Shown in pieces: positions 29,039 to 38,329 of a stretch of 64,000 nt of DNA. This DNA is from an uncultured Acidimicrobiia bacterium. GTDB taxonomy: Bacteria > Acidobacteriota > Terriglobia > Versatilivoradales > Versatilivoraceae. The notes beneath the pieces are model-generated. The model saw nothing but the letters and a program-made list of their open reading frames with translations. It ran no database searches and was not told where the DNA came from. Position numbers and translations under genes: made by a program. The stretch spans positions 503,808 to 567,807 of the forward strand of contig CAWBTP010000010.1 in assembly GCA_963791795.1 (NCBI GenBank). Reading direction: 5' to 3'. Each line of letters opens with the position of its first letter. Position 1 is the stretch's first letter.

Positions 29039-30137
29039 ATGAAAAAAATTACTGTAGCGCTCCTCTTTGGCGGCAAGTCAGGCGAGCATGAAGTTTCGCT
29101 TCGCTCCGCCGCATCGATTCTGAAAGCCTTAGACCGCGATAAGTACGACGTCATCCCCATTGGCATCACCAAAGACGGACAATGGCGTTCGGAACCAAAG
29201 TTTTTGGAGGCTGCCTTTCCAGACATCCTGAGCAATGGCAGAACCGTATTGCTTCCTCCAGATCCACTGGACAACTCTCTAGATGCAGGTCCTCTCAGAC
29301 TCCAAAGCCATTGGCAACCAGGCTCGGATTGACGTCGTCTTTCCAGCTCTGCATGGCACATACGGCGAGGATGGCACGATCCAGGGTTTGCTGGACATGG
29401 CCAATTTGCCATACGTGGGTGCGGGAGTTCTCGGTTCTTCGGTGGGGATGGACAAAGATGTAATGAAACGGTTGCTGCAACACGCTGGGTTGCCGATCGT
29501 GGATTTCCTCGTGGTGCTCGACCATCAGTGGCAGGCGAGGAAGCAAGCTATTCGGAAGGACATCGAAAGCCAACTCGGCTATCCCTGCTTTGTGAAGCCG
29601 GCAAACTTGGGCTCTTCGGTGGGCATCAGCAAGGTGAAGAACGCAGCGGCGCTGGATGCAGCCATGGACCTTGCGGCTCAATACGACCGTAAGATCATCA
29701 TCGAAAAGGGTCTCGAGGTGCGTGAAATTGAGTGCTCCGTGCTGGGGAATGACGATCCACTTGCCAGCCTGCCGGGAGAGATTGTTCCGTCTCACGAGTT
29801 CTACGACTATGAAGCCAAGTATCTCGATGAGAGTTCACGGTTGCTGATTCCTGCCCCGCTGGAGGAGTCGCAAACGAATGCGATTCAGGAACTGGCGATC
29901 AGGACTTTTTTGGTTACAGAATGCTCAGGCTTGGCGCGCGTGGATTTCTTTCTTGAAAAGAAGACCAACCTCATTTATGTGAACGAAATCAACACCCTGC
30001 CGGGATTCACCTCTATCAGCATGTATCCCAAGCTTTGGCAAGCTACGGGGCTTGGTTATGTCGAATTGATCGACAGGCTTATACAGCTGGCTATCGAGCG
30101 CCATCAGGCACGCCAATCCAAGAAGACTTCCTATTGA
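29039..30137 (+). CDS. ddl: D-alanine--D-alanine ligase, interrupted by a frameshift
   Basis: The N-terminus ([24 protein letters not shown]...) is in the frame of ORF 28997..29332. The remainder ([24 protein letters not shown]... ATP-grasp) is in the frame of ORF 29283..30137. The shift is near 29290-29310. Confidence 0.8.
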
Positions 30138-30215
30138 TGATGATTTCGAAACGACGATGGGTAGGAATGAAGAATTGCTATAGTGGGCTGAGAAGCATTC
30201 CTTTCGCTCTCACTT

Positions 30216-30548
30216 CTAGAAGCCACCTTTCGCTCTGCGTTTGATGTCCTTGAGGATCTTTTCTACCTCCTCTGCTTTCTTCACGATTGAAAGAGAAAAG
30301 GTGTCTTTGTTCGACTTTTCGATCATCTCTTTCAGGTCATTAGCAGCCAGAACCAGCTTGTCTGTGTCGTCTTTCAACTTTTTCCACTCATCCTCCCGAC
30401 GCTCTTTTTCCATCTTGGCTCTTGTGTCGTGATGGATTGCGTCCGCAGGATCTGCAGGTTCCTGAGAAGCCAGAACTGTCGATCGTGGACCTAGCACTAC
30501 GAAAAGGATTACCCACAGACCCAGAATGGATGACAGGACTCCAGACAT
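30216..30548 (-). CDS. Hypothetical small secreted/membrane-anchored coiled-coil protein
   Basis: N-terminal hydrophobic helix, then a charged KE-rich coiled region. No recognisable family. Confidence 0.4.
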   Translation of the reverse strand: MSGVLSSILGLWVILFVVLGPRSTVLASQEPADPADAIHHDTRAKMEKERREDEWKKLKDDTDKLVLAANDLKEMIEKSNKDTFSLSIVKKAEEVEKILKDIKRRAKGGF

Positions 30549-30586
30549 GACAACCTCCAAAACGTTTGCCGCGGCAAGGATCGGGA

Positions 30587-31924
30587 CTAGGCCATGATCT
30601 CCTCGGCAGCCAATCTTCCTTGCCAGATTGCATCTTCCATTCCCGAATACTCCCAGGCGCCATAGCGCCCAATAGTAAAGATACCATTCTCACGCAAGAA
30701 CTTCCGCACAAGGTCTGAACACTCGCGATGGTGCCGGTCATAGATGACATACGCGCAGGGAATGTCGAGGCAGAGTTCTGCGAGCACGCGATCGCTGGGT
30801 TTGAGAATACCTGCTTTCAGTAGATCCGACTTGATTCGCTCGACAAGCCCGGAACGATCGAGCGGCTTCCAATCCGAATAGCCAACCTCCGCATAAATGG
30901 CGCTGCAACCTGCCGGCGCTTGGTTCGGTGAGAAATTGTGTGAGAAGCCAATGCGGTAGAAACAGTACTCAGGTTCGGGGAAGTAGATCCAGTGCTTGTC
31001 GCTGATACTTCGATCCACACCGAGGTTGACGTTGCAAACAGACGTGAAGCGGAGCTTCTGCGCCGCCTCACGTACTGCCTGGGGAACGTCTGAAGCTGCA
31101 CGAAGCAGACCGGGCAAAGGCATCGTTGTTACCAACCGATGGAAGGAAGCGCTCTGGCCGTTCTTGAAATGAAGTCGCCGGTTTGCGATATCGAGGCCGG
31201 CCAGCTCACAGCTGGTATGAATGTTGGTCAGGGAAGCTGCAAATGCCTGTGGTAGTGCCTCAATGCCCCCCCGCAACGGATAGGAGAAGGTCGCATTGTA
31301 GCCGGCATTGCGAGACTGGTCGGTGAGGGCTCCATCGAGGATCTGTTCCAGAGAGGTGGAAGGTACGAATCGCCCCATCCACTCGCAAGTGAGTTCGTCC
31401 AGAGGAACTGTCCACAACTTCTCGTTATAGGGTGTCATGAAGTGCCGCGCAATGCCGGGACCCAGGGTTGTGTCAATCCAGTCGGCAAAACAGAGGGATC
31501 GTGTTCTGTCGTTCAGGGAGCCTGCAGCGTCATTTCTTCGTGCGTTTACAAAACCCAGAATACATTCCTTGATGACTTCAGGCGGAAGCCCGTACAGATT
31601 GGTCTGAAACGGATAGCGTGTATAAACACCCTTGGAGAAAATCCAGGAGTTGCGAGTGATGGTATGGAGGTTGCCGTCCAGCAATTGCGAGACGAGTTGC
31701 TTCACTGCGTCGTTCTTGAAGTGAAGCAAGTGGCCTGTATAGTCGAACGTGAAGCCGTCAAGTTGCTCGGATCGCGTGAGCCCGCCGACACGCGATTCCT
31801 TTTCAAAGAGGTGGCTATCCGTTCGGCCCGCCTGTTGCAAATGCCAGAGCGCGCTCAGCCCGGCCAACCCTCCACCTAGAACCACCGCAGGATGCTTAGA
31901 ACTCATTCCAACCTTTCTGAACAC
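30587..31924 (-). CDS. FAD/NAD(P)-binding amine-oxidase-family oxidoreductase (protoporphyrinogen-oxidase/UDP-galactopyranose-mutase-like)
   Basis: N-terminal GGGLAGL dinucleotide-binding motif and a C-terminal GRYGAWEY motif. Confidence 0.7.
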   Translation of the reverse strand: MFRKVGMSSKHPAVVLGGGLAGLSALWHLQQAGRTDSHLFEKESRVGGLTRSEQLDGFTFDYTGHLLHFKNDAVKQLVSQLLDGNLHTITRNSWIFSKGVYTRYPFQTNLYGLPPEVIKECILGFVNARRNDAAGSLNDRTRSLCFADWIDTTLGPGIARHFMTPYNEKLWTVPLDELTCEWMGRFVPSTSLEQILDGALTDQSRNAGYNATFSYPLRGGIEALPQAFAASLTNIHTSCELAGLDIANRRLHFKNGQSASFHRLVTTMPLPGLLRAASDVPQAVREAAQKLRFTSVCNVNLGVDRSISDKHWIYFPEPEYCFYRIGFSHNFSPNQAPAGCSAIYAEVGYSDWKPLDRSGLVERIKSDLLKAGILKPSDRVLAELCLDIPCAYVIYDRHHRECSDLVRKFLRENGIFTIGRYGAWEYSGMEDAIWQGRLAAEEIMA

Positions 31925-32023
31925 GCCAGTGTATTGCGCTCGATCGATTCCCGCTATAATCGCCCGGCGTCAGCAGATCTATCGGCACCTCGCGGCGCAC
32001 AATGCAGTGTCTTCCAACAGTTC

Positions 32024-33013
32024 ATGGACAACGTCACTCACACGCTCTTCGGTTTGATATTGGCCAAGACAGGGCTTGAACGCTGCACTCCGAAAGCCAC
32101 ACTCGCTCTTGTAATCGGAGCGAATTTGCCTGATATCGACGTCGTCTCCTGGCTCGGGGGCGACCTCAGCTATCTCAAACACCATCGCGGCTTCAGTCAT
32201 TCCCTGGCAGGGTTGCTTTGCCAAGCCTCTCTGCTAGCTGCCGTCCTGCTAATGGCGTATCGGGCCCGGTCGAAAGTTGCTACTCAGGCAAGTTTCCGAG
32301 GGTTGTTTCTCATGTCCTTGGCAGGAGTGGGCAGCCACTCGCTGTTGGATTATACCAACAGCTATGGCGTCCGTCCTTTTCTCCCGTTCGACGGCCGCTG
32401 GTTTGCAGCTGATCTGGTCTTCATTGTTGATCCCTGGATGTTGTCGATCCTTGCCTCTGGGTTGATACTTCCATTTCTCTTTCGTTTGATCTATCAGGAA
32501 ATTGGTTCCAAAGCAGGAGGCTATAGAGGCTGGGCCTTTGCTGCGCTCACATTGATTGCGGTATTTTGGGTGGGTAAGTGGGTTTCGCGCGAAAGCGCCC
32601 TGGAGGAGCTGCGTCATCGTTCGTATCCAACTGGGGATCCGATTCGAGTTGGAGCAGTACCTCAGTTTTTGAATCCTTTAGGCTGGAGTGGGGTGGTCGA
32701 AACAGAAAAGGCATATCATCTGGCGTTCGCTGGATTTGGTTTCTTGCAGAGTGGGTTCGAACGACGGCGAGTGAAGACGTTCTTCAAGCCGAATCTGAGT
32801 GAGGTGGAGGCTACAACTCAGGGGACTCAAGCACGCGTCTTCCTGGACTTTGCGCGTTATCCACTGTTTCAGATCAGCCCCAGCGCGGAAGGCTATCATG
32901 TGACGGCGCGCGATCTCCGGTTTGACTTTGCCAGTCGATCGCAACAGAGGTTTGTATACTCGGCGGTGCTCGACCAGAATCTGAAGGTGGTATCAGAGGA
33001 GTTCCGGTTCTGA
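32024..33013 (+). CDS. Membrane-bound metal-dependent hydrolase (YdjM/DUF457-like)
   Basis: MDNVTHTLFGLILAK...HRGFSHSL motifs and multiple TM helices. Start at the internal ATG 32024. Confidence 0.65.
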   Translation: MDNVTHTLFGLILAKTGLERCTPKATLALVIGANLPDIDVVSWLGGDLSYLKHHRGFSHSLAGLLCQASLLAAVLLMAYRARSKVATQASFRGLFLMSLAGVGSHSLLDYTNSYGVRPFLPFDGRWFAADLVFIVDPWMLSILASGLILPFLFRLIYQEIGSKAGGYRGWAFAALTLIAVFWVGKWVSRESALEELRHRSYPTGDPIRVGAVPQFLNPLGWSGVVETEKAYHLAFAGFGFLQSGFERRRVKTFFKPNLSEVEATTQGTQARVFLDFARYPLFQISPSAEGYHVTARDLRFDFASRSQQRFVYSAVLDQNLKVVSEEFRF

Positions 33014-33060
33014 AGTTCAGAGTTCAGCCTTTAGGCTGCCTCTAGTTCGCAAGCTAAAGC

Positions 33061-33732
33061 TTGGACTCTAAACCTGAATTTCCAGGGGAGTTTTTCTTGA
33101 AAGCCATTGCATTGAAAATTCAGAACTACTTCCTGGCACTGACTGCCCCGTTGGGAGGGTGGGCTTTGCTGCTCATCGCGTTGTTCGACTCGTCGTTTCT
33201 CTCCCTGCCGGAGGTCAACGACATCCTGATCATTACGCTCTCGATCAAGAATCCGGAAAGGATGCTCTACTACTGCACGATGACGACGCTTGGGTCGATT
33301 CTAGGTTGTCTCGCCCTTTTTACCGTTGGAAGAAAAGGCGGTCGGGTTTTATTGCACAAGAAATTTGCTGAGGACAAAATCCAGAGGGTCGCGCGCTGGT
33401 ATTCAAAGTATGGGATCCTCGCGGTGATGATTCCCTCAATCCTGCCGCCACCAACTCCATTCAAGATTTTCGTTTTGTTTGCAGGTGCTTTCCGCATCAG
33501 TGTCGGTAAGTTCATCTTTGCGATCACTGCTGGCCGAGGGTTCCGCTATTTCCTGGAAGGGTTTCTTGCCGTCAAGTATGGCGAGGCGGCGAAGGACTAC
33601 ATGCACCAAAATTATCCTTATATTGCACTCGGAGTGGTCACGTTGATTGCCATCGGTGCATTGTTCTATTTCCTCTACCGCCGGAGCCGTTCTGCGAAGG
33701 AAGGGGGGAAGTCCGCGCAGAATGCGCACTAA
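33061..33732 (+). CDS. DedA/YqaA-family (VTT domain) membrane protein
   Basis: SNARE-associated VTT domain pattern with multiple TM helices. Confidence 0.75.
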   Translation: MDSKPEFPGEFFLKAIALKIQNYFLALTAPLGGWALLLIALFDSSFLSLPEVNDILIITLSIKNPERMLYYCTMTTLGSILGCLALFTVGRKGGRVLLHKKFAEDKIQRVARWYSKYGILAVMIPSILPPPTPFKIFVLFAGAFRISVGKFIFAITAGRGFRYFLEGFLAVKYGEAAKDYMHQNYPYIALGVVTLIAIGALFYFLYRRSRSAKEGGKSAQNAH

Positions 33733-33755
33733 CCTGTTGACGCCACAAGTTCGGT

Positions 33756-34688
33756 TTGCTACGTTTAGGCGCTTTCAATCTGGATTTGGGAATTTGTGGA
33801 CATTTGAAACCGCTAGTCACAGCCTGCCTTTTCACTCTTTTCGTTCTCCTCGCTTCTTCGAACTGCAGCTGGTTTCGGGTCAAGCAAACGCATCGCATTC
33901 CAGCCGGCCAGCAGGCCTTACCAGCCAAAACAGCCAGTTTGGAGGATCTGATTCAGGGAATTAATCAGACTGCCGAGAAGATTCAGTCTCTTAGACTCAC
34001 GGTGATCTACCAGTTGACTGGGGGATCCATAAACACCGGCGAGATCTCGAACTACAGGGAAACCGACGGGTTTGTACTCGCTCGCAGGCCTTCGCGAATT
34101 CGCTTGATTGGGCAAGCCTTCAAGGTGAAGGTTTTCGACATGGTATCCGATGGAGACCAGTTTCGAATTTATGTTCCCCCCAAGAATAAATTCATCCTTG
34201 GCCGTAACGATCAGGAAATCAAGGGCCTCAAAGATGTACCCATCAACTTGCGTCCGCAGCATATCTTCCAAGCCCTCATTATCGACCCGGTGACCAGCGA
34301 TCGGGCAGAGAACACCCGAGTTCTGGAAGAGGAGCAAGAAGGGAAGTACAAATACTATGTTCTTTCCATCATTGGACCGCCAAAGGAAGGCGTCGGCTCC
34401 TTGCGACGCAAGATCTGGATTGATCGGTTCGATCTGCGGATGGTCCGCCAGAAGTTTTACGAGAGTGGACGGATTGTGTCTGACATCAACTATCGGGAAT
34501 TCAAAGATTTCGAAGGCGGAGATTATCCCTCGGTGATCGACTTTACCCGCCCGCAGGAAGACTATTCGCTTCGAATTCGCGTCAGCAAAGCTGTTACGAA
34601 CGAAGCTTTGCGCGACGAGCAGTTCAGCCTGGAGCAACCTGGAGGAACGGAGCTGATCGACTTGACCCAGAACACCACCGTAAGATGA
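33756..34688 (+). CDS. LolA-like/outer-membrane lipoprotein-sorting-like protein (putative lipoprotein)
   Basis: Signal peptide/lipobox-like N-terminus. The beta-rich body resembles the LolA/DUF4292 fold families. Immediately upstream of an FtsX permease. Confidence 0.5.
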   Translation: MLRLGAFNLDLGICGHLKPLVTACLFTLFVLLASSNCSWFRVKQTHRIPAGQQALPAKTASLEDLIQGINQTAEKIQSLRLTVIYQLTGGSINTGEISNYRETDGFVLARRPSRIRLIGQAFKVKVFDMVSDGDQFRIYVPPKNKFILGRNDQEIKGLKDVPINLRPQHIFQALIIDPVTSDRAENTRVLEEEQEGKYKYYVLSIIGPPKEGVGSLRRKIWIDRFDLRMVRQKFYESGRIVSDINYREFKDFEGGDYPSVIDFTRPQEDYSLRIRVSKAVTNEALRDEQFSLEQPGGTELIDLTQNTTVR

Positions 34689-35791
34689 GCCAGTCCATTG
34701 TTATTGCCAATCTCTTCGCTCGCCCCATGCGGACACTCGCCACGGTGCTCGCCATTGGCATGGAAGTTGTACTGATCCTCTTGGTAGTTGGTTTGACGCG
34801 AGGAATGGTGAACGAGAACGCCAAGCGCCTTGAGGGCATCGGTGCAGACATTGTACTACAACCGCCAGGATCGTCTTTCATAATGGCGTCCAGCACCGCG
34901 GCGATGTCAGAGAAGTTGGTTGAACTGCTTTCAGCGATTCCGGGAGTGAGCGCTGTTTCCCCCGTAATGGTTCAGTTGAACACTCAAGGAGGGATTGGGC
35001 TGATCTACGGAATCGAACCAGAAAGCTTTAACCGTGTAACCCGTGGATTTACGTTTCAGCAGGGACGTGCGTTTCAGGATCCCTATGAAGTCATTGTGGA
35101 TGACATTCATGCCAAGTCGAAAAAGCTCGAAGTGGGAGCGACTACCAAATTCCTGAATCACAATTTTCGGGTCAGCGGAATCTTCGAACACGGCAAAGGT
35201 TCGCGAGTCTTCCTGCCTTTGCGAACGGTGCAAGATCTAACCGGAACGCCGGGCAAAGTTTCGCTGATGTTTATTAAGTGCGAGTCATCACAAGAGATCC
35301 CAACGGTAGTCGCGCGTGTCAAGGAGAAGCTGAAGGGTTATACAGTTCTCCCGATGGAGGATTTTGTTTCGCAGGTTTCTTCGGCCAGCAACAATCTTGT
35401 TGCCTTGAGGTACTTTCTAAACACTGTCATCTTCATTGCAACCGTCGTGGGCTTTTTTGCCATTTTTCTGGCCATGTACACCGCCATCACCGAGCGCACC
35501 CGCGAGATTGGAATCCTGAAGGCCCTTGGCGCTTCCAAAGCTTTCGTACTTTCGGTGTTCGTTAAGGAATCCCTCGTTCTTTGCGCTGCCGGTCTTCTGG
35601 GCGGCATCGCTCTCTCCTTCGGTGGTCAATGGCTGTTGGGGAGGCTTCTGCCAAACCTGCAGGTTGAGCTGAGCGTTGATTGGATAGTGAAGGCCGGGCT
35701 GATTGCTTTGATCAGCGCCACTCTGGGTGGCCTCTATCCCGCACTCCGAGCAGCTCGTCAAGATCCCATCGACGCTTTGGCGTACGAATAG
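34685..35791 (+). CDS. ABC transporter permease, FtsX/MacB/LolCE family
   Basis: N-terminal TM, large periplasmic domain and C-terminal FtsX 3-TM bundle. 4-nt overlap with the upstream gene. Confidence 0.85.
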   Translation: MSQSIVIANLFARPMRTLATVLAIGMEVVLILLVVGLTRGMVNENAKRLEGIGADIVLQPPGSSFIMASSTAAMSEKLVELLSAIPGVSAVSPVMVQLNTQGGIGLIYGIEPESFNRVTRGFTFQQGRAFQDPYEVIVDDIHAKSKKLEVGATTKFLNHNFRVSGIFEHGKGSRVFLPLRTVQDLTGTPGKVSLMFIKCESSQEIPTVVARVKEKLKGYTVLPMEDFVSQVSSASNNLVALRYFLNTVIFIATVVGFFAIFLAMYTAITERTREIGILKALGASKAFVLSVFVKESLVLCAAGLLGGIALSFGGQWLLGRLLPNLQVELSVDWIVKAGLIALISATLGGLYPALRAARQDPIDALAYE

Positions 35792-35931
35792 TCTCCTGAG
35801 CCAGTGTTTGAGGACTGAGAACCAACGACTGGCGAAAACCTGGCCCTCCACTCGGACAAATATTCACCCGGAGCCATCTCTTTACGCTATAATCCCGCCT
35901 TCAAATTGCTTCGTGCTGTCCGTTTTCCTTG

Positions 35932-36651
35932 ATGAAAAATATACTTGAAGCCCTGGATGTTAAGAAGACCTACAAAGTTGGAAAAATTGACGTTGCTGCT
36001 CTTCGAGGCGTTTCCATCAGAGTACGGGAAGGGGAGTTTATCTCGATCATGGGCCCGTCAGGCTGCGGGAAATCGACTTTGCTGCATATTCTGGGCGGAC
36101 TGGCGAAGCCAACGTCTGGGAAGGTAGTCATCGACGGCGAGGAAATATCGGCGGTAAAGGACGGGGCACGCACCGACATCCGCCGACGAAAGATAGGCTT
36201 TGTCTTCCAGAGGTACAATCTCCTCCCGACTCTGACTGCTGAGGGCAATCTCGAGATCGCGCGACAAATTTTTGGCAACGGCAACCAGGACGAGAAGCAC
36301 ATTCAGAACGTTCTCAAGCTTCTGGGCCTTGAGAAGAAAGTGAGACACAAGCCGTCTGAAATGTCGGGCGGAGAGCAGCAACGAGTTGCCATAGCTCGTG
36401 CCGTGATCAACAAACCGGCGATCTTGTTAGCCGACGAGCCGACAGGTAACCTGGATACGGAGAATTCGCAGATTGTTCTTTCGATGTTGCAGGAGCTGAA
36501 TCGCACCTTCAACCAGTCAATCATCATGATTACCCACAACCCGGAGGCTGCTGCGGTTGGTAACCGTTTGATTGAAATGCGCGATGGACATATCGTCCCT
36601 CACGAGCACGATGTCAGCTTCAATCCCAAAGAGGATACGATCTATATCTAG
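35932..36651 (+). CDS. ABC transporter ATP-binding protein (LolD/MacB-type)
   Basis: Walker [10 protein letters not shown], signature [14 protein letters not shown], Walker [12 protein letters not shown]. Confidence 0.9.
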   Translation: MKNILEALDVKKTYKVGKIDVAALRGVSIRVREGEFISIMGPSGCGKSTLLHILGGLAKPTSGKVVIDGEEISAVKDGARTDIRRRKIGFVFQRYNLLPTLTAEGNLEIARQIFGNGNQDEKHIQNVLKLLGLEKKVRHKPSEMSGGEQQRVAIARAVINKPAILLADEPTGNLDTENSQIVLSMLQELNRTFNQSIIMITHNPEAAAVGNRLIEMRDGHIVPHEHDVSFNPKEDTIYI

Positions 36652-36736
36652 ATTCACCGCACAGAACACAAGGGATTCTCTAGGTGAAATTAGTCGAGCG
36701 TTTTGGCGAACGAGTCCCCGGTATCATCCAGTTGCT

Positions 36737-37129
36737 ATGTCCGGAATAAACAAAGTTATTTTTTGGAGTTACGCACGAGGTACTCTTCAGTACGACATTC
36801 TTTGCGCTTTGATCCTGATTTTTGTCTTTGCGACTCCTCGACAGTTCTTTCAAGACTGGACCGTGATCAGCAACCCGCATCAGTTTGCCTTCGGAGAGGA
36901 CATCGTCAACACCTTCGACCAGTATGGCAACCCCGTCTTCAATATCAGTGCCCAGTTGGTTCCCGCAAGTCAGGACGCCTCCGCCGTTAAAAATGCAGCT
37001 CTCACGCACCTTCAAAAAACCCTCAACAAGCAGGTTTCGATCGCCGACATCAAGCCAATTTTGGATGAAAATGGTCAAACCATTGGCTATTCAATTTGGC
37101 TTGGACAAGAAAATTCATCTACCTTTTAG
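36737..37129 (+). CDS. Hypothetical single-TM protein
   Basis: ORF open from 36572; the internal ATG 36737 precedes a TM helix (ILCALILIFVFA). No family recognised. Confidence 0.4.
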   Translation: MSGINKVIFWSYARGTLQYDILCALILIFVFATPRQFFQDWTVISNPHQFAFGEDIVNTFDQYGNPVFNISAQLVPASQDASAVKNAALTHLQKTLNKQVSIADIKPILDENGQTIGYSIWLGQENSSTF

Positions 37130-37217
37130 CCTGAATCGTGCATCCTAGAGAAAGGCGTTGGGAACCTCGGCGGAAACCGGAGGTTACCCAGCCACCTGAT
37201 GAGCGGGGTGTTGAGCT

Positions 37218-37937
37218 ATGAAACAGGAATTGAACCGTCTACCTACAGCCCTTGCCGCGTTGCTCCTCGGTGTCTGCGGCATCTCTGGGATAGGACTCGG
37301 TCAAGAGACAGTCTCGCCGGAGACGCGGCGCGTGCTGGCGAGTATCGATCAAGCCGGCAAGCGACTAACAGACCTCACAGCCGATATCAAACAGACGAAG
37401 GTGACTCTTGTCGTCAACGACACCTCGACCGAAACCGGTAAGCTTTTCCTGAAACGGTTGAAAGACGGCAACCGGACGAAGCTGGAATATGAGAAGCCTG
37501 AAGTTAAAACCTTGCTCATCGACAAGGGGAAAGTCTTGATTTATGAGCCTAAGATCAAGCGGCTGCAAGAGATTGATCTGGGTAAGAATCGGGCGCAGGC
37601 AGAATTCCTGTTAACGGGTGTCGGGCAATCGAGCGCCAATCTGACGAACACCTATGACGTGAAGTTTCTGAAGGACGAAATCATCAATGCCGTGAAGACA
37701 TCGTTGCTCGAACTGAAACCGAAGTCCGGTAAAGTCTCAGCGATGTTCACGCAGATCTGGCTTTGGATTGATCCTGCGACCGGATTGCCCATCCAAACCA
37801 GGCTTACCGAATCGAGTGGAGACTATTTGACGTTCCAGCTTGAGAACATCAAGATCAATCCGAAACTCTCGGACAAAATCTTTAAGCTGGATGTACCCAG
37901 CGATGTACAGAAGATCAAACCAATGAGCTCAAGGTAG
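37218..37937 (+). CDS. LolA-like outer-membrane lipoprotein carrier-like protein
   Basis: Signal peptide and LolA-fold-like beta pattern (KLFLKRLKDG...LLIDKGKVLIYEP). Confidence 0.6.
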   Translation: MKQELNRLPTALAALLLGVCGISGIGLGQETVSPETRRVLASIDQAGKRLTDLTADIKQTKVTLVVNDTSTETGKLFLKRLKDGNRTKLEYEKPEVKTLLIDKGKVLIYEPKIKRLQEIDLGKNRAQAEFLLTGVGQSSANLTNTYDVKFLKDEIINAVKTSLLELKPKSGKVSAMFTQIWLWIDPATGLPIQTRLTESSGDYLTFQLENIKINPKLSDKIFKLDVPSDVQKIKPMSSR

Positions 37938-37950
37938 GGTTTCTCTCTCT

Positions 37951-38316
37951 ATGCCCAAAAAGATCCTCGTGATCGACGATGATCCCAAGATGCTCGTTTT
38001 GGAGAAGACCATTCTAGTGCAAGGGGGATTTGCCGTCGAAACCGCTTCAGATGGTGTTGAGGGTTTGGAAAAGCTCCAGGGTGGACGCTTTGACGGAATT
38101 GTACTGGATGTGATGATGCCCCGCATGGACGGCTATGAAACCGCTAAACAGATCAAGAAGCTCGAAGAGCACAAGGCAACACCCATTGTCATGGTGACAG
38201 CCAGCGTCGAACGAGACGCCTTGACTCAAGGTTTCCGCTCCGGCGCTGTCGTCTTCATGAACAAGCCTTTCACCGCCAAGAAGTTTCTTTCAGTGATCCA
38301 GACGATTATTCGCTAG
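37951..38316 (+). CDS. Single-domain CheY-like response regulator
   Basis: ILVIDDD, phospho-acceptor in LDVMMPRMDG, T/S in VTAS and K in NKPF. Confidence 0.85.
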   Translation: MPKKILVIDDDPKMLVLEKTILVQGGFAVETASDGVEGLEKLQGGRFDGIVLDVMMPRMDGYETAKQIKKLEEHKATPIVMVTASVERDALTQGFRSGAVVFMNKPFTAKKFLSVIQTIIR

Positions 38317-38329
38317 GAGTCTCGACACC

